A stretch of 64,000 nt of DNA, taken from contig CBDETY010000003.1 in NCBI GenBank assembly GCA_965243025.1, positions 1,024,001 to 1,088,000 of the forward strand. The letters run 5' to 3'. A program made the position numbers and the translations under genes. Shown piece by piece: positions 29,255 to 38,089 of this stretch. Origin of the DNA: Candidatus Latescibacterota bacterium (GTDB lineage: Bacteria > Latescibacterota > UBA2968 > UBA8231). How positions within the stretch are numbered: position 1 is the stretch's first letter; every line of letters starts with the position of its first letter. Below the pieces are notes generated by a model, which saw only the letters and a list, made by a program, of their open reading frames with translations, was not told where the DNA came from and ran no database searches.

Positions 29255-30199
29255 CTACTGGATCGCGATGGATCCGTTGCTGGTCTCGAGGGTCAGCTCG
29301 GCCTCTCCCTTTCCCGCGGTCCCCACTAGCTTGCGGCCGGTGTCGACCGAGGCGGAGAAGCCTGGCAGGCCGCAGCGGATCCGGCCGTTGGCCGTCGAGG
29401 CGGCCACCTTCAGGCTCGGCTCCGAATCCAGGGTCACCTTGACGCTGCCGTTGGAGGTGGCGAGCCGGCTGGAGCTTCCCGGTTCGATGCTCCCCTGGAA
29501 CTTTATCGAGCCGTTGGTGGTCCGGGCATCGAAGCGGCCGTGCGCGTCCTCGATGGCCATGCGGCTGTTCGAGGTGGCCAGTTCCGCGGCCCCCTCGAAG
29601 CTCCTGAGCGTGATCGCGCCGTTGCTGGTCCTGGCGCCGAGATCCCCCTTCGAGCTCTCGACCTTTATGCGTCCGTTCGCGGTCTGCAACTCCCCGCCTC
29701 CCTCCGTGCCCCGCAGCTCCACCGGACCGTTGCTGGTCGCCAGGTCGACGCGGGCGGCGGCAGGCACCACCACCTCGATGCTGGCCCCGGTGCTTTCCCC
29801 GAAGGGGCCGGACAGGACTCCCCCGGACTGAACCGGCCTGGCCTCGACGGTGACGAGGTCGTCTTCCTGAACGGCGCTGTACTCGACGAGGTGGGGGTTC
29901 TTCAGCTTCGCGCGGACGCGAATCGAGCCGGGGCTGCCGGCATGGACGCGGACGCGGCCGTTGAAACCCCTCACCTCCAGGCGCGGGCTGGCGCCCACTT
30001 CGAAGCTGTCGCTGTGCGTGGACGGCCCGGTTTCGCCGTCGGCGCCTCGGTCATCGCTTTCCTCCCCCGGGGATTCGGCCGGCCCCCCGGTGTCGCGGCG
30101 GCTCGAGTCCTGCAGCGCCTTCAGCAGGCGCTCCGCTTCGCCCACGGAGACCTTTCCTTCCGCGAGCATTTCGAGGACTCTTCGCTGTTCATCAGTCAT
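29255..30199 (-). CDS. DUF4097 beta-strand repeat protein with SHOCT-like N-terminus
   Basis: RRVLEMLAEGKVSVGEAERLL; repeated TSNG/TANG/TTNG motifs. Confidence 0.85.
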   Translation of the reverse strand: MTDEQRRVLEMLAEGKVSVGEAERLLKALQDSSRRDTGGPAESPGEESDDRGADGETGPSTHSDSFEVGASPRLEVRGFNGRVRVHAGSPGSIRVRAKLKNPHLVEYSAVQEDDLVTVEARPVQSGGVLSGPFGESTGASIEVVVPAAARVDLATSNGPVELRGTEGGGELQTANGRIKVESSKGDLGARTSNGAITLRSFEGAAELATSNSRMAIEDAHGRFDARTTNGSIKFQGSIEPGSSSRLATSNGSVKVTLDSEPSLKVAASTANGRIRCGLPGFSASVDTGRKLVGTAGKGEAELTLETSNGSIAIQ

Positions 30200-30208
30200 T
30201 GCGCCCTC

Positions 30209-30487
30209 CTAATCGAAAGAGAGGAACAGGCGGCCATCGCCGGAGGCCAGGTCGAGGCGCAGGCCGCGCAGCGAAGCCAGCAGGTACAGCAGCAGGGGGC
30301 CGGCCAGCAGGAGGGGGCGGCCCCAGCCGCGGTGCCAGGAGAGGGCCGCCGCCAGGACCGCCAGGGGCGTCCCCAGCACCAGCGTCGCCGCAACCACCGG
30401 CCACAGCAGCACCAGCGGGAACCAGAGTTTTATACGGCGCCCGTCGTTCAGCAGGCGCAGCCTGAGGACCGCCGGCGGCAGGATCAT
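30209..30487 (-). CDS. Small membrane protein
   Basis: LWFPLVLLWP hydrophobic helices; overlaps the upstream gene stop. Confidence 0.7.
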   Translation of the reverse strand: MILPPAVLRLRLLNDGRRIKLWFPLVLLWPVVAATLVLGTPLAVLAAALSWHRGWGRPLLLAGPLLLYLLASLRGLRLDLASGDGRLFLSFD

Positions 30488-30870
30488 CCCGAGAGCCTCC
30501 TCACCGCCTCTTCGACGTCGATCTCGCCGCTTTCCAGGCTGTCGAGCACCGCCCCGGATTCCGGATCGGGCTGTTGCCCGGCGGCCCCCCCGGTCCGACG
30601 GACCGTCTCGACGAGCTGCAGCTGCCCGGAAATGCGGTTGAGCCGGTTCTTCACCGTCGGGTAGCTGATTCCGAAGATCCGCTCCATCTCCTTTATCGAG
30701 CCGTGAACCTGGACGAAGGCGATCACGAATACCTGGTCCTCCGCGGAAAGGCGGGCAAGCACCGGGGGCTCGAACTCACCTTCGATGGCGATGCCGCTGT
30801 CCGGCAGCAGGACCCGCTCGACCAGGATGCGCGCCCCTCGGGTCAGGTCGGTGAGCTCTTTCCAGTCCAT
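30484..30870 (-). CDS. DUF2089-family HTH regulator
   Basis: IEGEF, GSIKEMERIFGISYPTVKNRL, C-terminal LESGEIDVEEA. Confidence 0.88.
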   Translation of the reverse strand: MDWKELTDLTRGARILVERVLLPDSGIAIEGEFEPPVLARLSAEDQVFVIAFVQVHGSIKEMERIFGISYPTVKNRLNRISGQLQLVETVRRTGGAAGQQPDPESGAVLDSLESGEIDVEEAVRRLSG

Positions 30871-30904
30871 GATGGGAACACTCTCCTGATATTCAGGATA
30901 ATGG

Positions 30905-30962
30905 TTGAAATGGTAACAAAATAATAAAATAAATCAATAGTAAAGTTGAACAAATAAATTTT
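30905..30962 (-). promoter_or_regulatory. AT-rich sigma70-type promoter of the DUF2089 operon
   Basis: TTGATT (30937-30932), 16-nt spacer, TGn-TACCAT extended -10 (30915-30910); TTCAAC direct repeats flank it. Confidence 0.55.
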
Positions 30963-31141
30963 TCCGGAAGAGGAAGTACGGAATGACCATCCACACCTCG
31001 GTCCCGGCGGGCACCGGGTCAGGGCAATCGGCGAATCTCTCCAAGGAGGGCGGGTTCCAGGGCTGAATCCCTTCCGGCAGTGCCCGGGCGTGTCCTCCTG
31101 CTCCATCTGGCCGGACCGGCGGCCGCGGGGGAAGGCTGCCC

Positions 31142-31792
31142 TCAGAGCAGCCCCTTGCGGCGTTTGGCGGCGATCGTCTCCTCGACGAAACCGGGACCGC
31201 AGGCAGCCTCGAAGCCCCCGCCCGGAAAGCGCGTCGCCCAGCCGTAGAGCTCCGGCAGCCCCCCGCTTTCGAGCACCGGGGGCTCGGCGCGGACGGCGTC
31301 GAGCTGCCCGATGACCGCGGCGGCAACCCGCGCGTACAGGCGGCTCGAGCAGTCGGCGGTGTCCGCGGCACCGGCGCGCGCCTCCTGGTACCAGGCCATG
31401 GCGTTGAACCGGACCTGCCGCACCCGCGGGTAGAAGGAGCACATCAGGTTCCAGTCGTCGCCGTCCTTGTCCTGGTCCCCGGAGGAGCGGAAGTCGGAGC
31501 GCAGGACCACCGCGGGGATGTCGAGGAACTTCGCCATCATGAACTCGACCACCGTGCCGGAGTCGAGGTCGGCGCCGTCGAAGTTGAACAGCCCGAGGTC
31601 GCAGGCCATCACCTGCTTGAGGTCCTGGTTGCGGATGTCGGCGGCCCTTCCCGTGGACTGCTCGAGATCCTGGGGGGTGACGCAGGTGTAGCGGCCGCCG
31701 GAGTGGCGCCCGATCGCCTCGGCGAGAAGGGCGTTGCCGATGAGGTGCTTGTGGTCGAACAGGTCGCCGGCGAAATAGACGGAAAAGGTCAT
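31142..31792 (-). CDS. Nucleoside 2-deoxyribosyltransferase family protein
   Basis: VYFAGDLF, PQD, DG.DLDSGTVVEF, RSDFR, NLM. Confidence 0.85.
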   Translation of the reverse strand: MTFSVYFAGDLFDHKHLIGNALLAEAIGRHSGGRYTCVTPQDLEQSTGRAADIRNQDLKQVMACDLGLFNFDGADLDSGTVVEFMMAKFLDIPAVVLRSDFRSSGDQDKDGDDWNLMCSFYPRVRQVRFNAMAWYQEARAGAADTADCSSRLYARVAAAVIGQLDAVRAEPPVLESGGLPELYGWATRFPGGGFEAACGPGFVEETIAAKRRKGLL

Positions 31793-31904
31793 GCCCTTCC
31801 TCTCGTTGTGGCGCGGTGGTTCCGGACCTTCCCCCGGCCGGGACGGCGGTGGGCCTGGTGGTGGGCCCTGGACCCGGGACGCCGCAGTCAGGTACGGCCG
31901 CGGT

Positions 31905-33410
31905 TCAGCGCAGCATCATGAAGGTCGACAACGGCAGGCTGACAATACGGGGATCGTCGACGGTGGCGGAGTTGTCCTGGGTAACGAGAATCCCGAACGG
32001 CGCGTTGTTCACCGACTTCTCCAGGAAGGAACGCAGGCCCAGGGTGTCCCGGAAGGAATCGATCCGCCTCTGGTACTTGACCTCCACCGGTATGCGAGTG
32101 CTGCCCACCGTCAGCACGAAGTCCACTTCCTGGTCGGTGCCTCGGGCGGGAAAGTGGGCGATATCAAGGCCGTGGATGGTCGCTGCGACCGAGCCGAAAA
32201 CGGATTCCGCCAGGTGGCCGGCCATGGTGGTGAGCTCGGGGCGTTGGGCGAGCTGCCCCGGCACCAGGGGGATCCGCTCCTGAAGCCAGCTCGCCCTCAG
32301 CCCGTGGTCGACCAGGCAGAGCTTGGGACTGCCCCGCCGGCGCTTGAGGCGGATCTCCAGTGGGGGCACGAGGCGAATGAGGAGGGTATCCCCGAGGAAT
32401 TTCAGGTACTGGGTGACGCGCTGGGAGCCGATGTTCGCGCCCAGCGACAACCGGGCTTCTTCCGCCAGTGTAGCCATCCGCGGAGTCTGGCCGGCATAGC
32501 GGCAGACCAGCCGGAAAAGTTCCTCCAGGAGATTCTCATCCCGCTTGCGGCCCCGTTCCCCGGTCCGCAGGTCGTGCTGGATGACCCTTTTTATGACGGT
32601 CTCGTTGAGTTGATCGGAGAGCTGGGAAAACTCCATGCCCTCCTCGCGGTGGACCAGGGGGTACCCGCCGCGATCGGAGAAATGAAGGAACGCCTCCTCG
32701 CGGAATGCTCCATGGTCGATACCGTATTCCCGCAGGCCTGCCCAGAATCCTTTCTGCAGAAGGTCCGCCAGGCCGTTGTCCTGAAGGAAGGGGGCCGGCG
32801 GTCCCAGGCGGCGAAGGGCGCCGATCTCGGTGAGGGAGAGAACCCCCGCCTCGATGGTGTTGATGCGGCCGGCGAGAGAGTCGCGCCCCAGCTCGATGCG
32901 CAGGGCCGAGCTCCCGGTCACCACCACCTTGACCGAAGCGTTGTCGACCAGGGACTTCAGCTGCACGTCCCAGCGTTTCAGGTTCTGGATCTCGTCGAAA
33001 AACAGGTAGGCCGGCTCGCCGTCGCGGGCAAGGGTGTTGAACCGCTTCGGAGCAAGGCGGCGTTCGAACCAGTCCGAAATGCGCAGTATCGGTTCCGGCA
33101 GACCGCCCAATGTCTCCAGGTCGTCGAACTGGACGCGAAGAATCCGCCTCGGGTCAACCCCCTCGTCGAGCAGGTCCTGGATCATCTGGAACTGGGCTGT
33201 GGTCTTGCCGATCTGGCGCGGCCCCCGAACCACGACGACGGGAGCGATCCCCGAATCCAGGCGCCTGCGCATCTGCCCCACCAGGTGCCGCCTCGTTACC
33301 GGCTGCGGCGGCATGGCCTCCCCTTCCCACCAGGGATTCAATCGCCGCAGGTTGTCGCCGAGACCGGCCGGTAGGCCGCGGTCCAGGAAGATGGTGGTTT
33401 GCTCGCTCAT
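31905..33410 (-). CDS. AAA_14 ATPase with DUF4143 and C-terminal PD-(D/E)xK-like domain
   Basis: GPRQIGKTT, FFDEIQ, TGSS, SLAGR, GGYP, EVDFV...PVEVK. Confidence 0.88.
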   Translation of the reverse strand: MSEQTTIFLDRGLPAGLGDNLRRLNPWWEGEAMPPQPVTRRHLVGQMRRRLDSGIAPVVVVRGPRQIGKTTAQFQMIQDLLDEGVDPRRILRVQFDDLETLGGLPEPILRISDWFERRLAPKRFNTLARDGEPAYLFFDEIQNLKRWDVQLKSLVDNASVKVVVTGSSALRIELGRDSLAGRINTIEAGVLSLTEIGALRRLGPPAPFLQDNGLADLLQKGFWAGLREYGIDHGAFREEAFLHFSDRGGYPLVHREEGMEFSQLSDQLNETVIKRVIQHDLRTGERGRKRDENLLEELFRLVCRYAGQTPRMATLAEEARLSLGANIGSQRVTQYLKFLGDTLLIRLVPPLEIRLKRRRGSPKLCLVDHGLRASWLQERIPLVPGQLAQRPELTTMAGHLAESVFGSVAATIHGLDIAHFPARGTDQEVDFVLTVGSTRIPVEVKYQRRIDSFRDTLGLRSFLEKSVNNAPFGILVTQDNSATVDDPRIVSLPLSTFMMLR

Positions 33411-33571
33411 GAATTCAGTTCGAAAAGGCCAGATGGACGGTGGTGTGATGGGGGGGAGGGGAACAGGTGCAGTTCCGGCAAATGATTTTTACGTTTCACC
33501 CCTCCGGAGGGGGATTCCCCGCATTCATGGACGAAATACGAACTGCCATACAAACCTAGGATACACAACGG

Positions 33572-34372
33572 ATGACGGTCGAAGAAACGCTGTTCCAGCT
33601 CAAGCTGCACGGATGGTGCCTGGTCGAGAACGTCATCCCGGAATCAGCCGTGCGCGGGGTGCGCCGCAGCATCGAGGCCACCGCGGCGGCGTTCGGCCGC
33701 GAGAAGGGGGAGGGCATCGACATTCCCGATGTCCTCAACGTCGACCAGTCGTTCGCCCCGCACCTCGCCCACGAGGCGATCCTTGGGCCGCTCAGGGCGC
33801 TGTGGGGCCCCTGGGTGCGCCTGCGGACCGCCAAGGGGTTCGTCTGCAAACCGGGGTACCCGGAGGGCAGCCTGCACGCCGACGGCCCCTACATCCAGTC
33901 CGCCCCGGTGTGCATGAACGCCCCCTACCAGGACTTCATCGCCAAGGTCACGGCCGTGTGGATGCTGACGCCGTTCACCCGGGAGAACGGGGCCACGGTG
34001 CTGGTTCCCGGAAGCCACCGCGCCGACAACAACCGCACCGGCGGGCTCGAGCAGCCGGTGCCCCATCCCGGGCAGATTCAGGTCACAGGGGCGGCCGGCA
34101 GCGTCGCGCTGTTCGACGCCCGCACCTGGCACGGCAGCGGCAGCAACAACAGCGACGGGGACCGGGTGGGCCTGGTCATGACCTACTTTCCCTGGTGGCT
34201 GGCACAGGATGCGGCCATGCCGCCGGGCACGCCGGAACGGCAGCGTCTCCGCGAGGAGACGGGGTTGAGCGACGAGGAGCTGGGGAAGGGAACGGCCCTG
34301 CTGCCGGCGGAGGTGTACCGGGCGCTGCCCGAGGACGTCAAGCCGCTGCTGCGGCACTGGGTGCGGCCGTAG
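33572..34372 (+). CDS. Phytanoyl-CoA dioxygenase (PhyH) family
   Basis: LHAD, FTRENGATVLVPGSH, WHG...R. Confidence 0.88.
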   Translation: MTVEETLFQLKLHGWCLVENVIPESAVRGVRRSIEATAAAFGREKGEGIDIPDVLNVDQSFAPHLAHEAILGPLRALWGPWVRLRTAKGFVCKPGYPEGSLHADGPYIQSAPVCMNAPYQDFIAKVTAVWMLTPFTRENGATVLVPGSHRADNNRTGGLEQPVPHPGQIQVTGAAGSVALFDARTWHGSGSNNSDGDRVGLVMTYFPWWLAQDAAMPPGTPERQRLREETGLSDEELGKGTALLPAEVYRALPEDVKPLLRHWVRP

Positions 34373-34411
34373 CCCTGGAAAGGAATTGGGCAGACTGGTG
34401 CGGATCGGCCT

Positions 34412-34631
34412 CTATTCGAACAGTTCTCTGTGAAGCCCCGATTGCCTGATAATTGACATCAACGTCCCCATCCGCAATTCACCGTGGTCAGGTACAGGGA
34501 CGGTGATGGTGCTGCTGTTTTCGACCTTCTGCATGATTACATGGCTTCCGCGGCGCCGAACCTCGGAAAACCCGTGATTCACAAGTATTCGGCAGACTTC
34601 CCGGCCCGAAAGAATTCGGACGCCTGGCCAA
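34412..34631 (-). pseudogene. hicA: HicA toxin, two frameshifts
   Basis: RILSGREVCRILVNHGFSEVRRRGSHVIM...TVPVPDH.EL / TLMSIIRQSGL; start codon out of frame. Confidence 0.8.
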
Positions 34632-34845
34632 CTGCAACCATCACCTGAGTTACATACACTTCTTCGTGAAGCCGATGCTGGATTTCGGTGGCCGAGGCGG
34701 TCTCGAAAAACAACTCCAATGCCTCTTTCAAATTTTCCCTGGCCTCTGCCACCGTTGCTCCCTGGCTCGCAATGTCCAACTCGGGGCAGAGAGATACGTA
34801 GCCATCTCCTTCACGCTCGATGATTGCCGCCAACTGTCGGGTCAT
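34579..34845 (-). CDS. hicB: HicB antitoxin (reads through into the hicA region)
   Basis: IIEREGDGYVSLCPELDIASQGATVAEARENLKEALELF. Confidence 0.88.
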   Translation of the reverse strand: MTRQLAAIIEREGDGYVSLCPELDIASQGATVAEARENLKEALELFFETASATEIQHRLHEEVYVTQVMVAVGQASEFFRAGKSAEYL

Positions 34846-34915
34846 AGGTTCCGCCTTTCCTGATCAATAATATGGACCGGCGACGACCATCGCACCGAAA
34901 CCGGGGTCAAACGAC

Positions 34916-36181
34916 ATGACCGAAAGCAGGAACACCTCTCTTCCGCGCTACCGTCAACTTCACTGGCAGGTGCTCGCAGCCATGGTCCTGGGAGTGGGCA
35001 CCGGCCTTCTCGGCGGCGAGACCGCCGCGTCCTGGGTGGGCTGGCTCGGCACCCTGTTCATGCGCCTGCTGCGCATGGTCATCATCCCCTTCGTGGTCGT
35101 TTCGATTGTCAGCGGCATCGCCACGGTAGGCGGGGGGCGGGCCCTCGGGAGGCTGTTCGGAAAGACCCTGGGGTACTACGTGCTGTCGAGCGCCCTGGCG
35201 ATCTTCGCCGGCCTCGCCCTCGTCAACCTCATCCGCCCGGGAGAGGGGGCCGACCTCGGGGCCGCCGAGGGGCAGGCGCTTCCGGAGCTGGAGACCCCCG
35301 GCTCCGCGGTCGAGCTGCTTCTCGACATCGTCCCGCAGAACTTCCTCGCCGCCGCCGCCGGGGGGGACATGCTGGCGGTCATTTTTTTCTCGATCCTTCT
35401 GGGAGCAGCGATCGCCAGTCTGCGGTCCCCGCACCAGGAGCTGCTGTCCGGCTTCTTCGGGGCGGCGTTCCAGGTGATGATGGCCCTGACGGGCGGCATC
35501 ATCCGCTTTCTGCCGCTCGGCGTCTTCGGTCTGATGACCGCGGCGGTGGCCAGGTTCGGTCTCGACGCCTTCGGACCCCTGGCGCAGTACTGCGCCACCA
35601 TTGCCGCCGGCCTGACGGTGCACCTCCTGGTAACGCTGCCGCTGCTGCTCCTGCTGCTGGGGCGCATCCGTCCGGGCATCCACTTCCGCAACATGATCGA
35701 CCCGCTGGTCGTCGCCTTCTCGACGAGCTCTTCCGGCGCGACCCTGCCGGTGACGATGAGGACGGTTCAGCGCAAGGTCGGCGTCTCCAACCGCACGGCG
35801 TCGTTCGTGCTGCCGATGGGGGCCACAATCAACATGGACGGGACCGCGCTCTTCGAGTGCGTCGGGGTGCTGTTCATCGCCCAGGCCCTCGGGGCGGACC
35901 TCGCCTTCGGCCAGCAGGCGATCGTGGTCCTGACCGCGCTGCTGGCCTCGATCGGGGCGGCCGCGGTGCCGTCGGCCGGCCTGGTGATCATCTTCATCGT
36001 GCTGGAGTCGGTGGGGCTGCGCGGGCCCCACGTCGATCTGATCGTCGGCTTCATGCTGGCGATCGACCGGCCGCTCGACATGTTCCGCACCACCGTCAAC
36101 GTCTTCAGCGATTCCTGCGGCGCGGCGATCATCGCGCGATCGGAAGGGGAGACGGGGGTGGACGTCGCCGCGGAAAGCTGA
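34916..36181 (+). CDS. Dicarboxylate/amino acid:cation symporter (DAACS)
   Basis: AFSTSSSGATLP, GATINMDGTAL, IGAAAVPSAG, DRPLDMFRTTVNV. Confidence 0.93.
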   Translation: MTESRNTSLPRYRQLHWQVLAAMVLGVGTGLLGGETAASWVGWLGTLFMRLLRMVIIPFVVVSIVSGIATVGGGRALGRLFGKTLGYYVLSSALAIFAGLALVNLIRPGEGADLGAAEGQALPELETPGSAVELLLDIVPQNFLAAAAGGDMLAVIFFSILLGAAIASLRSPHQELLSGFFGAAFQVMMALTGGIIRFLPLGVFGLMTAAVARFGLDAFGPLAQYCATIAAGLTVHLLVTLPLLLLLLGRIRPGIHFRNMIDPLVVAFSTSSSGATLPVTMRTVQRKVGVSNRTASFVLPMGATINMDGTALFECVGVLFIAQALGADLAFGQQAIVVLTALLASIGAAAVPSAGLVIIFIVLESVGLRGPHVDLIVGFMLAIDRPLDMFRTTVNVFSDSCGAAIIARSEGETGVDVAAES

Positions 36182-36211
36182 GGTCCCCGGGAGCTGTTTC
36201 CCGGCGGACCC

Positions 36212-37363
36212 TCAGCCCCGGCCCAGGCGCCTGTCCTCCGCCGCCAGCCATTCCCCGTAAGGCCGGGGCATGGGCTCCGGCGGCCCCAGCCCGGCCTCGG
36301 CGCGCCAGCGCAGCAGCGGATGCTCCCGCCCCTGCTGGGGCAGGTCCACCGGCCGGCGGCAGGCCGCGGATTCGAAGATCCCCATCAGCATCTCCAGGAC
36401 GTGCCGCCCCTCGGAGCCGCTGCACAGGTGCTCCCGCCCCTCGTCGAGGGCGCGCACGTACTCGTCGGTGAAGGCGTAATCCTCTGCCGACGACTTCTCC
36501 GGATCGTAATGGCCGGGATGCTCCAGCTCCAGCGGCTCCCATTCCCTGTCCTGCCCGGGCTCGAAGTGAGGCACCGGCAACCACCAGGCCCCGGTGATCT
36601 TCCAGAACATCCGCCCCTCGGTGCCGAGCACTTCCAGCCCGTAGGCGGAAACATCGATGGCGGGGAACCGGTGCTGCAGGAGCGCGACCGTCGTGTTTCC
36701 ATCGAACTCCAGGGTCGCGGTGATGTGCTCTCCGGCGATGGTGCCCATGCCGCCGGGGGAGGGGACCGCGTCTTCCGGGGTGATCGGGCGGCCGTCCGTA
36801 AGGGCGCTGGCGGTTACCCGGCGGCAGGGTCCTGCCAGCTCGAGGATCGCGTTGAGCAGGTGGGTGCCGATGTTCATCAGCCCGTAGCCGCCGTAGTACC
36901 CCTTGCCGCTGGCGACGATGTGGCGGAGGCTGCCGATGCGCCCCTCGCGCAGGCCACGGGAAATCGCCTGCATCGCCGCCCCGGTCCGCGCCTGGTGGTG
37001 GACGGCGGTGCGCACCCCCTTTGCCGCGGCTTTCGCCATCACCGCGTCCGCCTGCTCGAGGTCGACGCAGATCGGCTTTTCCACCTCGATATGCACCCCG
37101 TGCTCCAGCACGCGCATGCAGAGGTCGTAGTGGAACTCGGTGCCGGTCGGTATCGCCACGATGTCCGGCCCGCTCCGGCGGATCATCTCGTCGAGATCGG
37201 TGAAGCGGGCGGAAACCCCGAGCTCTTCACCCAGTTTTTCGAGCAGCTCCGGCTTCAGGTCGCACAGGGCCACGACTTCGGTGCGGGGATGGGCGTGGTA
37301 GGCCCGGGCGGCGGCGGTGCCCCGGCCCCGGCAACCGAGAATTCCGACGCGATAGGTCTTCAT
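36212..37363 (-). CDS. Gfo/Idh/MocA oxidoreductase
   Basis: VGILGCRGRG, VEKP, GTH motifs. Confidence 0.88.
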   Translation of the reverse strand: MKTYRVGILGCRGRGTAAARAYHAHPRTEVVALCDLKPELLEKLGEELGVSARFTDLDEMIRRSGPDIVAIPTGTEFHYDLCMRVLEHGVHIEVEKPICVDLEQADAVMAKAAAKGVRTAVHHQARTGAAMQAISRGLREGRIGSLRHIVASGKGYYGGYGLMNIGTHLLNAILELAGPCRRVTASALTDGRPITPEDAVPSPGGMGTIAGEHITATLEFDGNTTVALLQHRFPAIDVSAYGLEVLGTEGRMFWKITGAWWLPVPHFEPGQDREWEPLELEHPGHYDPEKSSAEDYAFTDEYVRALDEGREHLCSGSEGRHVLEMLMGIFESAACRRPVDLPQQGREHPLLRWRAEAGLGPPEPMPRPYGEWLAAEDRRLGRG

Positions 37364-37380
37364 GTTGGTTCCCTCCGTTT

Positions 37381-38061
37381 TCAGGCGCTCTGCCGCTTCA
37401 TCCACGAGGCGGCCACCCGGGCCAGCTCCTCCATCACCGGTTCGGTCGAGGAGCGGCTGCGCTTCCTCACCCGGAAGCCGTGGTCCGCGGTGTCGACGAG
37501 GTGCAGGGTGGCCCGCTCCCCGAGCCTGGCCACCGCCGGCTCCAGCAGGGAGAGCCCGGCAAGGGCGTCGCGCGGGCCGGAGATGAACAGCATCGGCACC
37601 GTCACCTTTTCGAGGTGGGCGGCGCGTTCGGTCCCCGGCTTGCCCGCCGGGTGCAGGGGGAAGGCGAAGAAGAGGATTCCCCGCAGCCCTTCGAGCGGCG
37701 CCCCGGCCGCGGCCATCGAAGTCATGCGCCCGCTCATCGAGTGCCCGCCGGCGAACAGGGGCAGGCCGGGGGCCTGCCGGGCGGCCGCCGCCACCGCGGC
37801 GCGCACTGTCGACAGGCGCACCCTCTCGCCGTCCATGCCGCCGCCCCCTTTTTCCGAGTACGGGTAGTTGTAGCGGAAGGTCGCCACCCCGGTGTCGGCC
37901 AGGGCCTGCGCCAGCTCCTCCATGAAGGTGTGGCGCATGCTGGTGCCTGCGCCGTGCCCGAGCACCAGCAGGGCCCCGGCTTCGGGGGGGCCCAGATACA
38001 GGGCGGAGACTTCCCCTTTCTCTTCGTGGGCGGTGAACTTCAGCTCTTTCGCCTCCGGCAT
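37381..38061 (-). CDS. Alpha/beta hydrolase (KANL3/Tex30-like)
   Basis: HGAG, GGHSMSGR, FPLHP.GKP, G.RD, ADHGF. Confidence 0.88.
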   Translation of the reverse strand: MPEAKELKFTAHEEKGEVSALYLGPPEAGALLVLGHGAGTSMRHTFMEELAQALADTGVATFRYNYPYSEKGGGGMDGERVRLSTVRAAVAAAARQAPGLPLFAGGHSMSGRMTSMAAAGAPLEGLRGILFFAFPLHPAGKPGTERAAHLEKVTVPMLFISGPRDALAGLSLLEPAVARLGERATLHLVDTADHGFRVRKRSRSSTEPVMEELARVAASWMKRQSA

Positions 38062-38089
38062 GACCTCGCCTCGCTATCTTCTGGTGCCT

